NCBI GenBank assembly: GCA_964016885.1
Contig: OZ024741.1
Location: 620,001-684,000 of the forward strand
Length of the DNA: 64,000 bases
DNA from: Eledone cirrhosa
Taxonomy: Eukaryota
Direction of reading: 5' to 3'
Program-made: the position numbers and the translations under genes
In this document: positions 24,457 through 38,000 of the stretch, in pieces
Layout of the letters: the number at the start of each line of letters is the position of its first letter
Position numbering within the stretch: the stretch's first letter is position 1
Notes under the pieces: generated by a model
What the model saw: the letters and a program-made list of their open reading frames with translations, nothing else
Database searches by the model: none
Told to the model about the DNA's origin: nothing

Positions 24457-26095
24457 TCATTATCTATAAAAGGCAGATTGTTGTTGTTGTGTGTGTGTGT
24501 GTGCAATGTTCCATGTTTCTACATTTGCACAATTTCAAACCGATTCGACTCAAAGTCTGTAAGAATGTTTAAATGCTCTAACTTAGGTCAACGACTATTT
24601 ATTCCATTCAAACTCACCCACAATTACGGAAATAATCGATAAAACTAAATACATGATGCTTTACCCCCTCTAATACCTTCTGATTTATTCTCCCTAATTC
24701 CCCTTAAAAAGCGAAAAAAAAAAATACATACTGCAACCTACCCACTCCTTACTAATTTCATTTAGAGAGAGAGAGAGAGAAAAAAATAAAGGAGTGAGCC
24801 AGAGACAAACGTTAAATACATGTCGCTTATAAACCCACTCCTTAATAATTTCTTTTAGAGAGAGAGAAAAAAAATAAAGGAGTGAGCTAGAGAGAGACAG
24901 AGACAAACATTTCCGCCGAAACAATGCAATGGCACATGTTTGGTCGTTAAGTCCTTAGCTCCCAATCTGATTGAGGCCACGATAATCACAGGGTGCGGTC
25001 GGGGCAAGGTTGTGCTCAACCGAGGATGCATCTTTTCCCATCAGGAGCAGACCTACCTTTCACATTTCGGAGGTCCCAGTTCCCGGTCAGGCCATGCTTC
25101 GCAATGTTAATTAACAAAGCGCAGGGGCAAACGCTGACTGTCGCGGGAATACATTTGGGGCAGCCGTGTTTCTCTCATGGTCAGCTTTACGTTGGCTGCT
25201 CGCGTGTCGGCAGCAAGAGTGATGATTTCGCATTCGTTCCGCAAGGAAAAACAAAAAACATTGTGTACACGGAGGTTTTATAGGATTACCTCGATTCCTA
25301 ATTTTATAATTTTTTTATTTTTTGCCTTTTCGTGAGTACTTTCTAAGTAGGTTAACCTTCACTGCAGTGCACTGGACACTCCCCACCATCTGCCGTACAA
25401 AGGCTGATTCTCACGGCGTTAGAAAGCTTCATTGCAACTCCGACCCTACCCAAATATCAGCTGTTGCTCCTCACCAACCCCCATTTGGTGGGCCTCGGAG
25501 GACCGTGGACAGGTTAGTATTTCACCTCCGTACGACTCTCAAAGGGTGAACAGTGCTTTAATGACGAGATTTACATTTTTAGGCGGTTCCCTGCAATTAC
25601 TTCACACTTCACCAACACCGGGTCTCCGCTCAGCTCTATTTCCCTCCCTCCGTCGGCACAGCAGCAGGCTCATCTTCTACGTCCGACGTACATGATGCAC
25701 CAACCATACACTGACCCCTCTTCCTCTTTTTTGGTTGTCATAATTCGACAATGTTTTCAGGCCCCTGTTTGCGGTTCCCTCAATCCACCCCCTCCCCCAT
25801 TAAAACATGTCATGCAGAACAACTCCATCGCAGCTCTGTTGTTCGGCTGGCATCGTCTACGCGCATGTTGCGCAAGTTCTGTGAAACAATAAATCTGAAC
25901 ACTTCTTTGCACAGAGATAATATCAATAGGCGAAACTACAATTGTCACTGCTGGCGCAGCTCCTGCTTCGGCAGTGCCGGTTTGTAATTCATTCAACCAG
26001 TGCCTGGCAGACAAAAAAGTTCTACCATAAAATGGGTGGTGCAACCTAACTTTGGTAACTTACTGACCCCGAGCAACGCCAGGCTTTAATGCTAG
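24457..26095 (+). mobile_element. Non-autonomous Helitron (1639 bp)
   Basis: Starts TC after host A, ends CTAG before host T, no TSD, subterminal hairpin; excision restores the LINE sequence. Confidence 0.92.
24940..25283 (+). pseudogene. Helitron RepHel PIF1-like helicase C-terminal remnant
   Basis: FRRSQFPVRPCFAMLINKAQGQTL...CFSHGQLYVGCSRV...TKNIVYTEVL*. Confidence 0.92.
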
Positions 26096-26754
26096 TGTAT
26101 CGATAAAAACATTTGAAAAATTGAGTGAGCAAGTATAAAGACCTTGAAAATAGAGATTGGAAAAATGTGGAAGTTGAGAACTAAAATAATACCAGTGGTT
26201 GTAGGCGCTCTAGGAATGATACCTAAAGGGTCTAATCATTACTTATCCCAAATCCCAGGAAACCCGCATATAGAAGAAATACAAAAGATAGTATTAATGG
26301 GAACTGCCCTTATACTAAGGAAGATTCTGTCAATATAAGTACATCACAAGTCTAAACACCTAAAGATATATGTATGTGTGTGTGTTCTTTCTTGAACATG
26401 ATGGACCTTGTTGTCTCTTGAGGTCACTGGTTGTGACTTGGTGATAACTCGTATGAACATAAAGCAATATAAATGAAATAATAATAATAATAAATAGATG
26501 TATCTATCCCCACAGATAACAATATATATTCCAAGGAAATAGAGAAACTCTCCAAATATAAAGATCTAGAGATATAAATTACTCGAATGTTGAAAATGAA
26601 AACAGAAAGTGCTCTAGGAATGATAAAAAAACACACAGACAAATACATAGCTAAAACCCCAGGACTTACAAATACAAAAAGTGCTATCAATACAATAGAA
26701 ACAATATCAACAAAAACTACATTGCACATACCTAAGGTGCACAGTAATGATGGA

Positions 26755-29534
26755 TAATAAAAATAATAATAAAATAATAATGCAAATAATAGTGGTAAAT
26801 GAAATGAACAATGATAGTGGAAAACCTATGAACCTAAGATTTGTAGATAGGAAAAAGTTAAAAGAAACAACAGCTAATGTAAACAGGGTCATCCCATAAC
26901 TTGAAGCGAAGAACCTTCACCAATGCAACAACATCAAAGCAACTGCAAAGTGGTGAAAAAATTACTTGGTATAAAAATGAGAGGAAACAACAAGCAAGAA
27001 AAGACAGAGCTTGGTGGAAGAGGCGCCTGAAAGGTCAAGGAAATGAGAAAAGACACTGGAAAGCTTGAGTATTTACTAAACAGGACATTACAAAATATAG
27101 ATACTAAAGATAGATTGAAATCCATAGATAGATAAAATCCAACACTAAGGGAAAAGAGCTAAATGTTATCATAGAGGAACTTAAGCAACGCATTTTAGCA
27201 AAAAGCGCAAAGATTAAACAATATGAAAACAGAGTTAGTCAGTATAGACAGAACTGCATGTTTGACAACAACCAGAAGATGTTATTTGAACAGCTTGAAG
27301 GGAAAGAAAGAAGTAACGACATGATCCCTGAAGCTGAACAGACTAAGGCATTCTGGAGAGGAATATGGGAGAAAGATGCTGAACATAATAGTCAGGCAGT
27401 GTGGATTAAGACACTTCAAAAGGAGATTAGTGAACAAGCACACCAACAACCTGATTTGAGTATCACGGTTGAAACTCTTAAAACACAGGCCAATAAACTA
27501 ACCAACTGGAAATCACCAGGCCCAGATGGTGTGCAAGGATATTGGACAAAAAATATAACATCCCTCCACACAAAACTGACAGCCATGTTCAATGACTGCT
27601 TGGTGTCGGGTGAAGTACCAGAGTGGTTGACAAAAGGTACCACAGTTCTGGTAATGAAAGACCGAATCAAGGGAAATGAGGTTACCAACTATAGGCCTAT
27701 CACATGTCTGTTCGAAATGTGGAACCTGTTAATAAGCATTGTGTTTGAGGAAATCTACTATCACCTCCATATAAACAACTTACTGCCAGACAAACAGAAA
27801 GAATGCCAAAAGAAGTCCCGTGGTACAAAAGACCAGTTACTTATTGACAGGAGGGTAATAAGGAATTGCAAGAGGAGGCATACTGGTCTTGCCATGGGAT
27901 GGATAGATTACAAGAAGGCATTCAACATGGTTCCTCATTCTTGGATAACCAAAAGCCTAGAGATCTTCAAGGTGGCAGACAACATCAGACAGCTATTAAG
28001 TAAAAGTATGAAGTCCTGGGAAACAGAGCTAACATCAGGTGGAGAATACTTGGAAGGCATGAAGATCAAGAGAGGTATCTTCCAATGAGATAGTTTGTCC
28101 CCTTTGATGTTTATCCTTACCCTCATACCTTTGTCCCTCATATTGTGAAAAGTGAAAGCAGGATACAAGCTAGGAAGAGGAGAGCTTACCATCAACCACC
28201 TCCTCTTCATGGACGATCTAAAACTCTTTGGGAAAAACGAGAAGGAGTTGGATGTACTTGTTGACACTGTCCATATTTTCATCAATGTATGGAATTTGGT
28301 GTTAATAGTGTGGAGGTAAATTGAACAGAAGCAATGGAATCTAGGTATCAATAGATTAGATGATAAAGGAAATCGACACTGAAGAGTGATACAGGTATTT
28401 GGGTGTTCTGGAGGCAGATGATATCAAGAACAATAAAATGAAGGAATTGATAAGATCTGAATACATAAGGAGAGTAAGGAACATACTAAAATCACATCTA
28501 AATAGTAGGAATGTCATAAGTGCAGTAAATTCCCGAGTTGTGTCAATTATTAGATACAGTGTGGGAATTCTTAAATGGAATGTTACTGAACAAAAAGAAA
28601 TGGATAGAAATACTAGGAAGCTAATGACTACCTACATTACGTTCCACAAAAGGAGTGATGATAGATTCTACTTAAAGAGATCTTAAGGTGGAAGAGGTCT
28701 TATCAGCATAGAGGACTGTGTTCAGATGGAGAAAAGCAGTCTGTACAAATATGTGTCTGAGAGTAAGGAGTCAATGCTCAAAGTTGTACTGAAGGAGAAA
28801 ACAATAGACCAGAGGATGTCCAAGGAGGAAATAACAACAAAGAGGAAGAGCAACCTTCATGAAAAATCCCTTCATAGCACCTTTTTTAAGAAAACAGAAT
28901 TTGGAGATCCACATACATGGAGCTGGTTAAAAAGAGGAAACCTTAAAAAAGTTACAGAAGGAATGCTAATGGCTGCACAAGAGCAAGCCCTCAGAACGAA
29001 GTGGGTGAAACACCATATTGACAAGGAGGAGGCTAGCTCAGTGTATAGGATATGTGGAGAGAGAGAGGGAGAGGAGACTGTGGCTCACATCGTATCCGAG
29101 TGTAAACACCTAGCCCAGACTCACTATAAAGGCTGGAGGTATGATATAATAGGAAAGGTGATTCACTGGCATCTATGCAAACTAAACAATTTACCACATT
29201 CTGAGAAATGGTATGAGCATAAGCTAGAGTCGGTGATAGAAAACGATCAAGTGATGGTACTATGGGATTTCAGGATACAGACGGACAAGAAATTAGAACA
29301 CAATAAGCTTCACCTGGTGGTTTTTGTCAAGAAAAAAGATCATGCCTGATTGTAGATGTAGCCTTCCCTTTTGACACAAGAGTGCAAGAAAAAGAGGAGA
29401 AAATTAACCGTTACCAGGATCTAAAGTGGGAGTTAAAAAGGATTTGGGACTGTCATGAGATCAAGGTCGTCCCAATTGTCACAGGAGCACTAGGTACTAT
29501 CTCGAAGTGTTTTCAAGGATGGTTAAAGAACATT
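26755..29534 (+). mobile_element. R4/Dong-type RLE LINE, degraded, 3'-truncated
   Basis: NWKSPGPDGV, NYRPITCL, WIDYKKAFNMVPH, RGIFQ*DSLSP, FMDDLKL, ETVAHIVSEC, LWDFRIQTD, YQDLKWE. Confidence 0.9.
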
Positions 29535-32500
29535 GAGGAACCACACCAAGGTAAAAAAACAATCAGCAAATGGAACAACTCTCTCCCATACACCCTGAAG
29601 TGACCCTTATACTAAAGACAGAGCTCACATTGAGCCACAGGGTGACAACACCAAAGTACATGCTAAAAAGCCACGACAAACATTTACCAGAGAGGAATAC
29701 AAAGCAGTGATGGCTGCATACTATACTGCCATCCTGTTTCCAAGAGAGAACTCGTCAATGCAAGAAACCTATATTATCTGGAGGAATTCCAATTCTAACT
29801 CCCAAGAATACATGGACATGAAGAAGTTAGCTAATGTGAGAAGAGACATGATGAGCAAAAGACTCACTGAATTAGAAATGAAAACCATCAAAGCAGAGAT
29901 AAGAGAGCAACATAACAACCCCAGTCAAGAAGGAGACCTGCATACAATGGAAGCAGTAGACGGTGAGAGTATTTACTGAAACACAGATGAGAAACTCCCT
30001 GAACATCAACATGTAGGTGATGGCTCACTGGTTGATGCTGCTGTCTGGATAATGAAGGAAGATATTCTGCGAGAATGAGAGATTCTGAAAATGCAGGAAT
30101 TGATAGATTGGACAAAACTCCAAAAAGTGCCCAAAGTCATGTATCAGCTAAAGAAGGTCAACCTAGCTAACAAAACGCTAGAGGTAATCAGAGGCAAACA
30201 CAGAAAACCCCTGACACTTGATGAGATTAATCAGCTGTTATATGCCACTGCAACCGTGATTGCTGGTAAGATGCCCCCCAAAATATGAACAGGGAAATAA
30301 ATACAAAGGGAATACCAAAATGACAGACACAGCTGAGGAGAGATGTCGCACTCATATCCGAAATAGATAAGAGAACCGACGTTAATCCCCAAAAGCTTTC
30401 CAGGCTGAGGAAGAAATACAACTCCAAACTGGTCAGCAGACTGGAGAGAAATTGATGAATCAATCAAGCAAAAGATAAAGGCAAAGCTTCAAAGACTAAG
30501 AAAATGCAAAAAAAGAGCTAACTTCTTTAACCAAAACAAAATCTTTGCTGAAGATGCCCAAAGATTTTACAGAGAGTTAGGTAAGAAAAATATTGAAATA
30601 AGGCAACCACCTGAACTTGATGAGGTTGGACGCTTTTTGGCAAATATCAGTGGAAAAACTCAAGACCACAACTCCAATGCCACATGGCTGGAACAATTGG
30701 AAATCTCTGCTTTCACTCAGGAATGGAATGAGATCACCTCACAAGAAATAAAAACACCGCTCAGCAATTTTAAAAACTGGAAATCGCCTGGCAGAGATGG
30801 CATGCAAAATTTCTGGCTGAAACATTTGAATGTGCTCTATGAAACCTTGGCTGCTGAATACTCCAGGATTGTAGCAAGCCCGAGAGAGGTCCCAAAGTGA
30901 ATGACAACTGGCATAACATATCTTCTACCAAAGAATGAAGGCACAGAAAATCTCCAAAACTACAGACCAATTACAAGTCTCCTAATGATGTACAAAGTCC
31001 TCAGATCAATGATTACCAACAGGGTCTACAATTACCTCATCTGTGGAGATCTATTGCCACCTGAACAAAAAGGCTGTAAATAAGGGACTTATGGGTGCAA
31101 AGATCAGCTACTGATAAATAGACTCATAACGGAAAACTGCAAACAGAAAAAGAAAAATATGTCAATGGCTTTGATAGACTACAAGAAGGCATTCGACAGC
31201 GTACCTCATTCATGGATCATAAAGACACTAGAAATGTATCACAACTTTCCTGAAGGCAATGATGACAGACTGGAAAACTCCGATGGTCCTTCAACACCAC
31301 AACGGAACAATGGAATCTAGACAGATCAAGATTAATCATGGAATATTCCAATGTGACTCATTGTCCCCTTTGCTGTTCTGTATGTCACTTGCTCTGTTAA
31401 GTCAGTTACTGTGGAGGACAGGCTACGGATATAAAATAGACAACAGGCACTACAGTCACCTTATATGGATGATATCAAGCTATCTGGAAACAATGATGGG
31501 CAGCTAGAAGGTTTATTGCACATAGTGAAACAATTCAGTGATGACATCCATATGGAATTTGGACTGGACAAGTATGCAAAAGCCACATTCAAGAGAGGGC
31601 TGCTCTCTAACCATAAAGATATTGTCATAGACCAACAAACTACCATAAAGGAACTTAACAATGAAGAGTTCTACAAATATCTTGGAGTTAATGAAGGAGA
31701 TAGAATCCAGCATGTAAGTATGAAGGAAAAGATACAGAAGGAGTACATAAGGAGAGTGAGACTAGTAACAAAAAGCGAGCTAAACTCCTGCAACAATTTC
31801 AAAGCAATTAACAGTCTAGCAGTACCAGTTGTAACATACAGCTTTAACATCACAAACTGGAACCTGCAAGAACTACAAAGGTTGGACACTAAGACACTAT
31901 TGACAACGGAAAAAATGTACCACCCTAAAGCTGATGTACATAGGCTGATATCTCAAGAAGAGAAGTTGGAAAGGAGCTCCGACAACTGGAAGCTGCATGC
32001 AAAATAGCAGTCATTGGATTGGATAGCTACCTCCACCACACCCAAGATGAACTCCTTATGCCTGTAGTCAAGCATGAACGAATTAAGAATCTACACTCAA
32101 TAACAAAAGAGGCAAGAAAATTTATACAGAAACTGAACATGGAACAAGACATACCCATAGAAAATCAACAACAGAGTGCTGCACAGCTAGCTATGACTGT
32201 GACGATCAAACCAAAGAAACTCCAAACAGAGAAAGTAAACTGTGAATAGAAGGCAAAACCAACACATGATAGATTCCCAGAACGACTTTCTGACAATGAT
32301 ATCAATCAGCATGGCTCACTATCCTGGCTCAGAAGTGCTGGTTTAAAAGCAAAGACTGAGGGACTCTTGGTTGCTACACAAGATCAATCTCTAAACACTA
32401 AGGTCTATAGACACAGAATAGTGAAAGATGGGACTAGCCCTTTATGCAGAATATGCTACAAACACGAAGAAGCGGTAGATCATGTTATCTCTGGGTGTCC

Positions 32501-33212
32501 AGAGCTGGCAAAAACTGACTATCAAAAGACACAACCGCATTGCCAAATATGTGCACTGGATGTTCTGCCGCTCTCATGACATCCAAACTTCTAACAAAGG
32601 ATATGAACATCAATCAAAAACAGTCATGGAAAATGGCAACATATTCATCTTGTGGGATATGCCTGTGATAACTGGCCGAGAAATCTCTGCCAACAGACCA
32701 GATATCATCATAAAAAACAAAACAGATCAGACATGTAGCCTTATAGATGTTTCCGTATCAGCTGACAAGAATACCTCTATAAAAACAATGGAAAAACTCA
32801 AAATACAAAGACCTGGAAATAGAGATCAATTGCATGTGGAGGATGACCACAAACACAATCCCTGTGGTAATAGAGGTATTAGGATTAATACTCAAAATCC
32901 TCAGACCTGCACCTTAGCGTCCTTCCCTGCAAGATCAGCAAATATGAGCTACAGAAGATCAGGCTACTGGGAACATCACACATTCTCAGATGAGTTCTCT
33001 CTCTACAATGAAAACATCTATTACCCTAGGTTCAAGGCCTGAACCTGGCAACAGAGAAACAGAACTGAGCTAAATATTAGAAACATCACACATTCTCAGA
33101 CAAGTTCTCTCTCTACAATGAAAACAACTATTGCCCTAGGTTCAAGGCCTGAACCCAGCAATAGAGAAACAGAACTCAGCTAAACAAAAAAAACACAACA
33201 ATAATAATAATG
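29535..33212 (+). mobile_element. R4/Dong-type RLE LINE, near full-length, degraded, duplicated 3' end
   Basis: NWKSPGRDG, NYRPITSL, IFQCDSLSPLLF, MDDIKL, CRICYKHEEAVDHVISGC, ANRPDIII; ~104-bp direct repeat 32971-33073 / 33081-33184; (TAA)n tail. Confidence 0.9.
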
Positions 33213-33382
33213 ATGATTTCTGATTTTACGCACAAAGCCAAGAATTTTAGGGGAGAGGAAAATCGATTAAATTGACCCCAGTGTGTTACTGGTGATTTAT
33301 TTTATTGACCTCTGCGAGGATGAAAAACAAAGTTGGCCTTGGTGGGATTTGAACTCAAATAATAATAATAATAATTACTCAC

Positions 33383-34302
33383 CAGTACATTCAGCTTGTT
33401 CTGTATATTTGCATGTTGACACAAAATAAATAATTACTCCACAAACACATATCAACACTGAGAAGAACAGCTTGATATTTTGAAATGGCAGCAAAATGTT
33501 TGTGACATCAATTTGTAATAAGAAGTGTGACATCATAGATATGATAGCGACTGTTACATTGGTGTATCTTTTTAGGAATGTCATAAGTGTTAGTGATGTA
33601 TAAGCAACATGTAATAAGGAGGATATCAAACTCTTAAATAGTGCTTGCTCCCAAAGAGGTTTGTAAAACGATTCAATTAGTCCCAACAGAAAAAATGTCA
33701 TAGCCAAAAACGTTATTGCTCTGTTGTCCCATCTTGTTTTCATGTGTCCACTCTCTAGGTATAAATGTTTCACAGCAATATTACGGCAGATAAACAGTAC
33801 GACCATTACCATTCCTAATATTATATCAAGTTGAGTGATGTGAATGGAGTATTCACTGCAGTATGAAATAGCCAGTGCACCGACTGTCATTATTCCTAGT
33901 GCTGTAATTTGTACCGTTGGCAATATAACACCAAGATAGAACCTGACAAGTATTGAAGTGAGGAGAGGTTGCAATGAAAATATCAACATAATATTAGGAA
34001 TTGTAGATTTAGAAGCAGAACATATGTAATTCTCAAAAAGCGTTGCAAAGAAATGTGAAAAATATCCAATGACAACACCTTCAAGGATTGTTTTGTTTTG
34101 TTTTGGTAACACCGTTCGGACTATAGCCAGTAAGATGACCATTTCTATAACTGTGAGTAGAAAACAGATTTCAGGTGATGAGGATGTGTGTGTAAGCAAT
34201 GAGAAAGTCTTGACAGAGGAATATGTTAACTGGAAATACAACAACTGTAGAATGGTATAGACTGTAACTGCTACTGGGATTAGCCACTCTTCATTAAACT
34301 CC
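33383..34302 (-). CDS. Main 920-nt exon of DMT/SLC35 (TPT-like) multi-pass transporter
   Basis: Stop-free frame with many hydrophobic helices; SLQPLLTSIL..LG..GALA and LFICRNIAVK resemble SLC35E/TPT motifs; acceptor ttttctttAG at 34303, donor GTGAGT at 33382. Confidence 0.88.
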
Positions 34303-34769
34303 CTAAAGAAAAAGAGAAAAATACTTGAATAATGCAGCTAATCAATCGATATTTAATTAAAGGGTTGAAGTAAGAGATATATTGGTTAAAGAAATAATAA
34401 AATTAAAAAAAGAGTTGGTAAGGCCATTTAGTAAAGTTTGTAAATTTGAATAAGTTCATTTATTAGAGGGAAAGCTTTAATACTGGTACTGAGAGCAAAG
34501 CCAGGGAGAAGAGAGAGAGATTGAGAAAACAGGATTGTGAAGTGAACTTCTTAACCATACAACCATGACTGAACCTCTCTGGTGATTATAAAGAGTAGGA
34601 ATGTGTAGGAGAGACACAGTTCAGTTAATTAAACACTCACACATGCTGGAGAGAGAGAGATTTATAAAATCATAAGGTTATGTATGTGACAACCACTTTG
34701 TGCTAACATGAGAAATGTGTCAAGATGTTCAGTGGTCATACAGCAGCTATCTATAGCTACTTAAATATC

Positions 34770-35040
34770 TCCTGTCTACATATCTATACATATCTGCCTA
34801 TCTATCTGTCTGTCTACCAACATATATGCATGTCCATCTACCTACTTGCCTTTCTATTCATTTAACAAGCTACCTGTCTACATACCTGGCTGGATACTTG
34901 TCCGTCTATCTGGTTACCTGCCTATATGTCTGTCTACCGGTCTACCTGTCAACCTGTCTGTCTACCAGTCTACCTGTCTGGCTACCTGCCAATATGTCTG
35001 GCTGCCTGTCTACCTAGCAATATATCTGTCTACCTGTCTA
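34770..35040. repeat. Degenerate (TCTA/TCTG)n repeat; continues at 39381-39605
   Basis: Same repeat on both flanks of the Tx1 element. Confidence 0.85.
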
Positions 35041-38000
35041 TAACAATTTCCAAAACACCCGCACCGCAAACACAACCCAAAAATATACCCCCCCCCCTCC
35101 AATGCGGAAGATGCCCCTAGTTCGTCGTCAGACAAGGAGGAGCACTTCCACACAATCAAAAGAAAAAAAAGAAAACACACCTCAGACACACAAATGAAAA
35201 CAACCCCTCCCCAAAACATAACACTGACACCAACACAAAAGAGCTCACAACAACAGCAAACAAAAAACACCACACAAAAACAAAAACATGCATACACATA
35301 CATAAACACAAGAAACAAAAAACTGTTAAACATTGTGTACAACAATTTAATAAAAACCCAAGGGCCTAACTTCACCCAGGCAGGGGATTTCCCCCACCTC
35401 AAAATGATTAAGGCCCCACAGGACACTTATAAAACTTTAAAAAACAACTTTAGAGAGGATGTGGGTCCCCCCTGCGTCAGGCCCATTAACCGCGTCCTTC
35501 TAAAAAACTACCCCACCCCCTCCCCAAACACCCACACAAATCCAAACACACAACACACTGATGCCCCTACACTTCCACAAACCACCACCCCACCCAACAA
35601 CCCATCCCCCACCCTAATGGAAATTGTGCAGCCCGATACCCAGGACGCAGAGAGGTAAGTGCCTTTTCTCTTCACCACCAACATGGCTATGCTAAGAGTA
35701 GGCTGTTTAAATGCGCATGGCCTGGGCTCAACTTGGAAGCAAGCAATGCTTTTAAATGACCTCAGGTCACAACGTATAGATGTGATGGTTATTTGCGAGG
35801 CCCGGATCAGCAACGTGCGACAGCTGGCCCCCACCTTTGATGACTTTGAGATGCACGCATCTCTCTGTCAGCCCGGAGGTGGGGGTGGGGTTGTCGTTCT
35901 GCTGCAAAAACATCTGGGTCTCGCAACACAGACGGTACATTTGGACCCGGAGGGTCGACTAGTGGTTCTGGACCTTGGCAGTGGTGAAGGCGGAGCGTTT
36001 AGATTGGTAGCCGCCTACGGCCCTTTCGGGTCAATGCGGCCGGACTTCTTCCATCGTCTGGAGACTTTTCTAGGGACGTCCCGCTCCTTGCTATTAGTGG
36101 GGGACTGGAATGGTATCCTAGATGCACGCTGGGACTACGTAGGGGCCTGTTCCGATAGAGAGGGGTGTAATAGCCTCAAAGGGTTAATCAGTCAATTTGA
36201 CCTGGCCGATAGATATCAACTAGATTTTCCGACTGCGCCAACCTGGACTTGGGCAAATTGTAGCGGATCATCTAGGTCATACCTAGATAGGTTCTTAGTT
36301 AGAAATAAGGATAAGGACTTTTTAAGTTGTCCAAAGATGAGCATGGTTGGCTATTCAGACCACAAGTTAGTGAGCTGCATGGTCAACCTTGACAGAACGC
36401 ATAGACAGGGACCTGGTTACTGGAAGCTCAACTTGTCCTTACCGGCAAGTAAGGCTTACAGGGACCGGATTAGCACTTTAGTTAAGGAGCGGTTGATGGG
36501 CGCCATCATCAACAGCAGGTGGTGGGGATCTCTCAAAAGAGAGATTAGAGTAGTCTCTATAGAATTTAGTAAGGAGTTAGCCTCAAATAGAAATAGGAAG
36601 GAAAGGGAGCTGGTAGATAGTGTAGAAGAGGCAATTAGAAGCGGCGACGTGGCCAGAGTGCTAGCGTCGAGAACGGCCCTGGGCCAGTTCTTCGATGCGA
36701 AACACGAAGGCTGCATCATCCGAAGCAAAATACGTGCTCTGGGAAACGAGGGGACCAAAGCTGTTAGCTGGGCCCGCGTGACAGAAGCCAAAAGAGGGAG
36801 CAGATCCACTATCCAGTCTTTGCGAGACCAGGATGGACGGGTGATCCTTGAACCTAAGCAGATGTGCGAGGCGTTTCAAAAGCACTTTGCCGGATTGTTC
36901 GGAAGGGGCGGGGGGCCGGTTGGGGATATGGACTTCGGTCCATACCTCGACGGCCTGCCGCGTCTCTCGGACAGGGAGGCGAAGTCCTGCGAGGAGCCGA
37001 TTTCAGCCGCTGAGATAGAGGACGTGCTAAGCCAATGCGGCAAACGCAAATCCCCGGATCTCGATGGTCTTCCATACAAACTGTATCTAGCTATGCCAGA
37101 CTTGTTCCCCGATCTCCTCGAGGCGGTCTACTGCAACTGGCAACAGAACGGGAGAATTCCCTGTGCTGTGACCAAGGGCGTAGTCACGCTAGTGAGAAAG
37201 GACGAGAACAAGGGGGACGATATAAATAATTTCAGGCCCATAACTCTGCTAAATACAGAGTTACAGATTTTGGCCAAGGTGCTAGCAAAGAGGTTGGCGC
37301 TTGTCATGGGCAACCTGGTGGGAGATGCGCAGACATGTGCTATCCCATCCAGGTCCATCAACAACAACCTCCACCTCATGCGATACATCATAGAGAGGGT
37401 TGGGAATGAACCCGGCTTTGGTGGACCCCTGATCAACTTGGATCAATCTAAGGCGTTCGATAGGGTCGACCATGGTTACCTGGATGCGGTGCTAGCGGCG
37501 CCAGGCTTCGGACCCGTTTTCAGGGGCTGGATCAATGCCATGCACAGCAGCCACATCTGCTCTAGGGTCAAGGTGAACGGTTACCTCTCGGAGCCGTTCG
37601 AAATCGCGCGGTCCATCCGACAAGGGTGCCCTATCTCCTCCCTTCTGTATGTAATGACTCTAGAGCCACTGCTGAGGAAGTTGGAGTTGTTGCAGGGCAT
37701 CCCGTTGGAACCGGGATTGCGGAAAGCGGTGTCGGCCTACGCCGACGACGTAACAGTAATGGTGTCGACGGCTTCGGAAATCGGGGCGATTGGCACCTTA
37801 CTGGAGGAGTACGAAAGGTTTACATGGGCTAAGCTGAACCGGGACAAGTCGATCGGTCTGCAACTTGGCACGTGGAGGGGCAGATCGATGCTCTCCGATG
37901 GCATCGTCGGGCGCTGGACGGAGGGCCCGGTGAAGTTGCTCGGGGTCTGGTTCGGACCAGACCTCCAGGTGGAGAAGAACTGGGGTGAGGTAATGAACAG

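Larger units (their letters stand above)
23260..26490 (+). mobile_element. R4/Dong-type RLE LINE split by a Helitron
   Basis: QGDSLSPLLF, YKYLGV, MHHPKAD, RHDRITQYIHW; DMSVPIDK|NVSIKTFEKL continues across 24456/26096; (TAA)n at both ends; a further short RLE fragment at 26493-26700. Confidence 0.85.

Noticed and set aside
24993-25283. Cellular PIF1 helicase gene
   Set aside because: Only the C-terminal motifs are present, inside Helitron termini.
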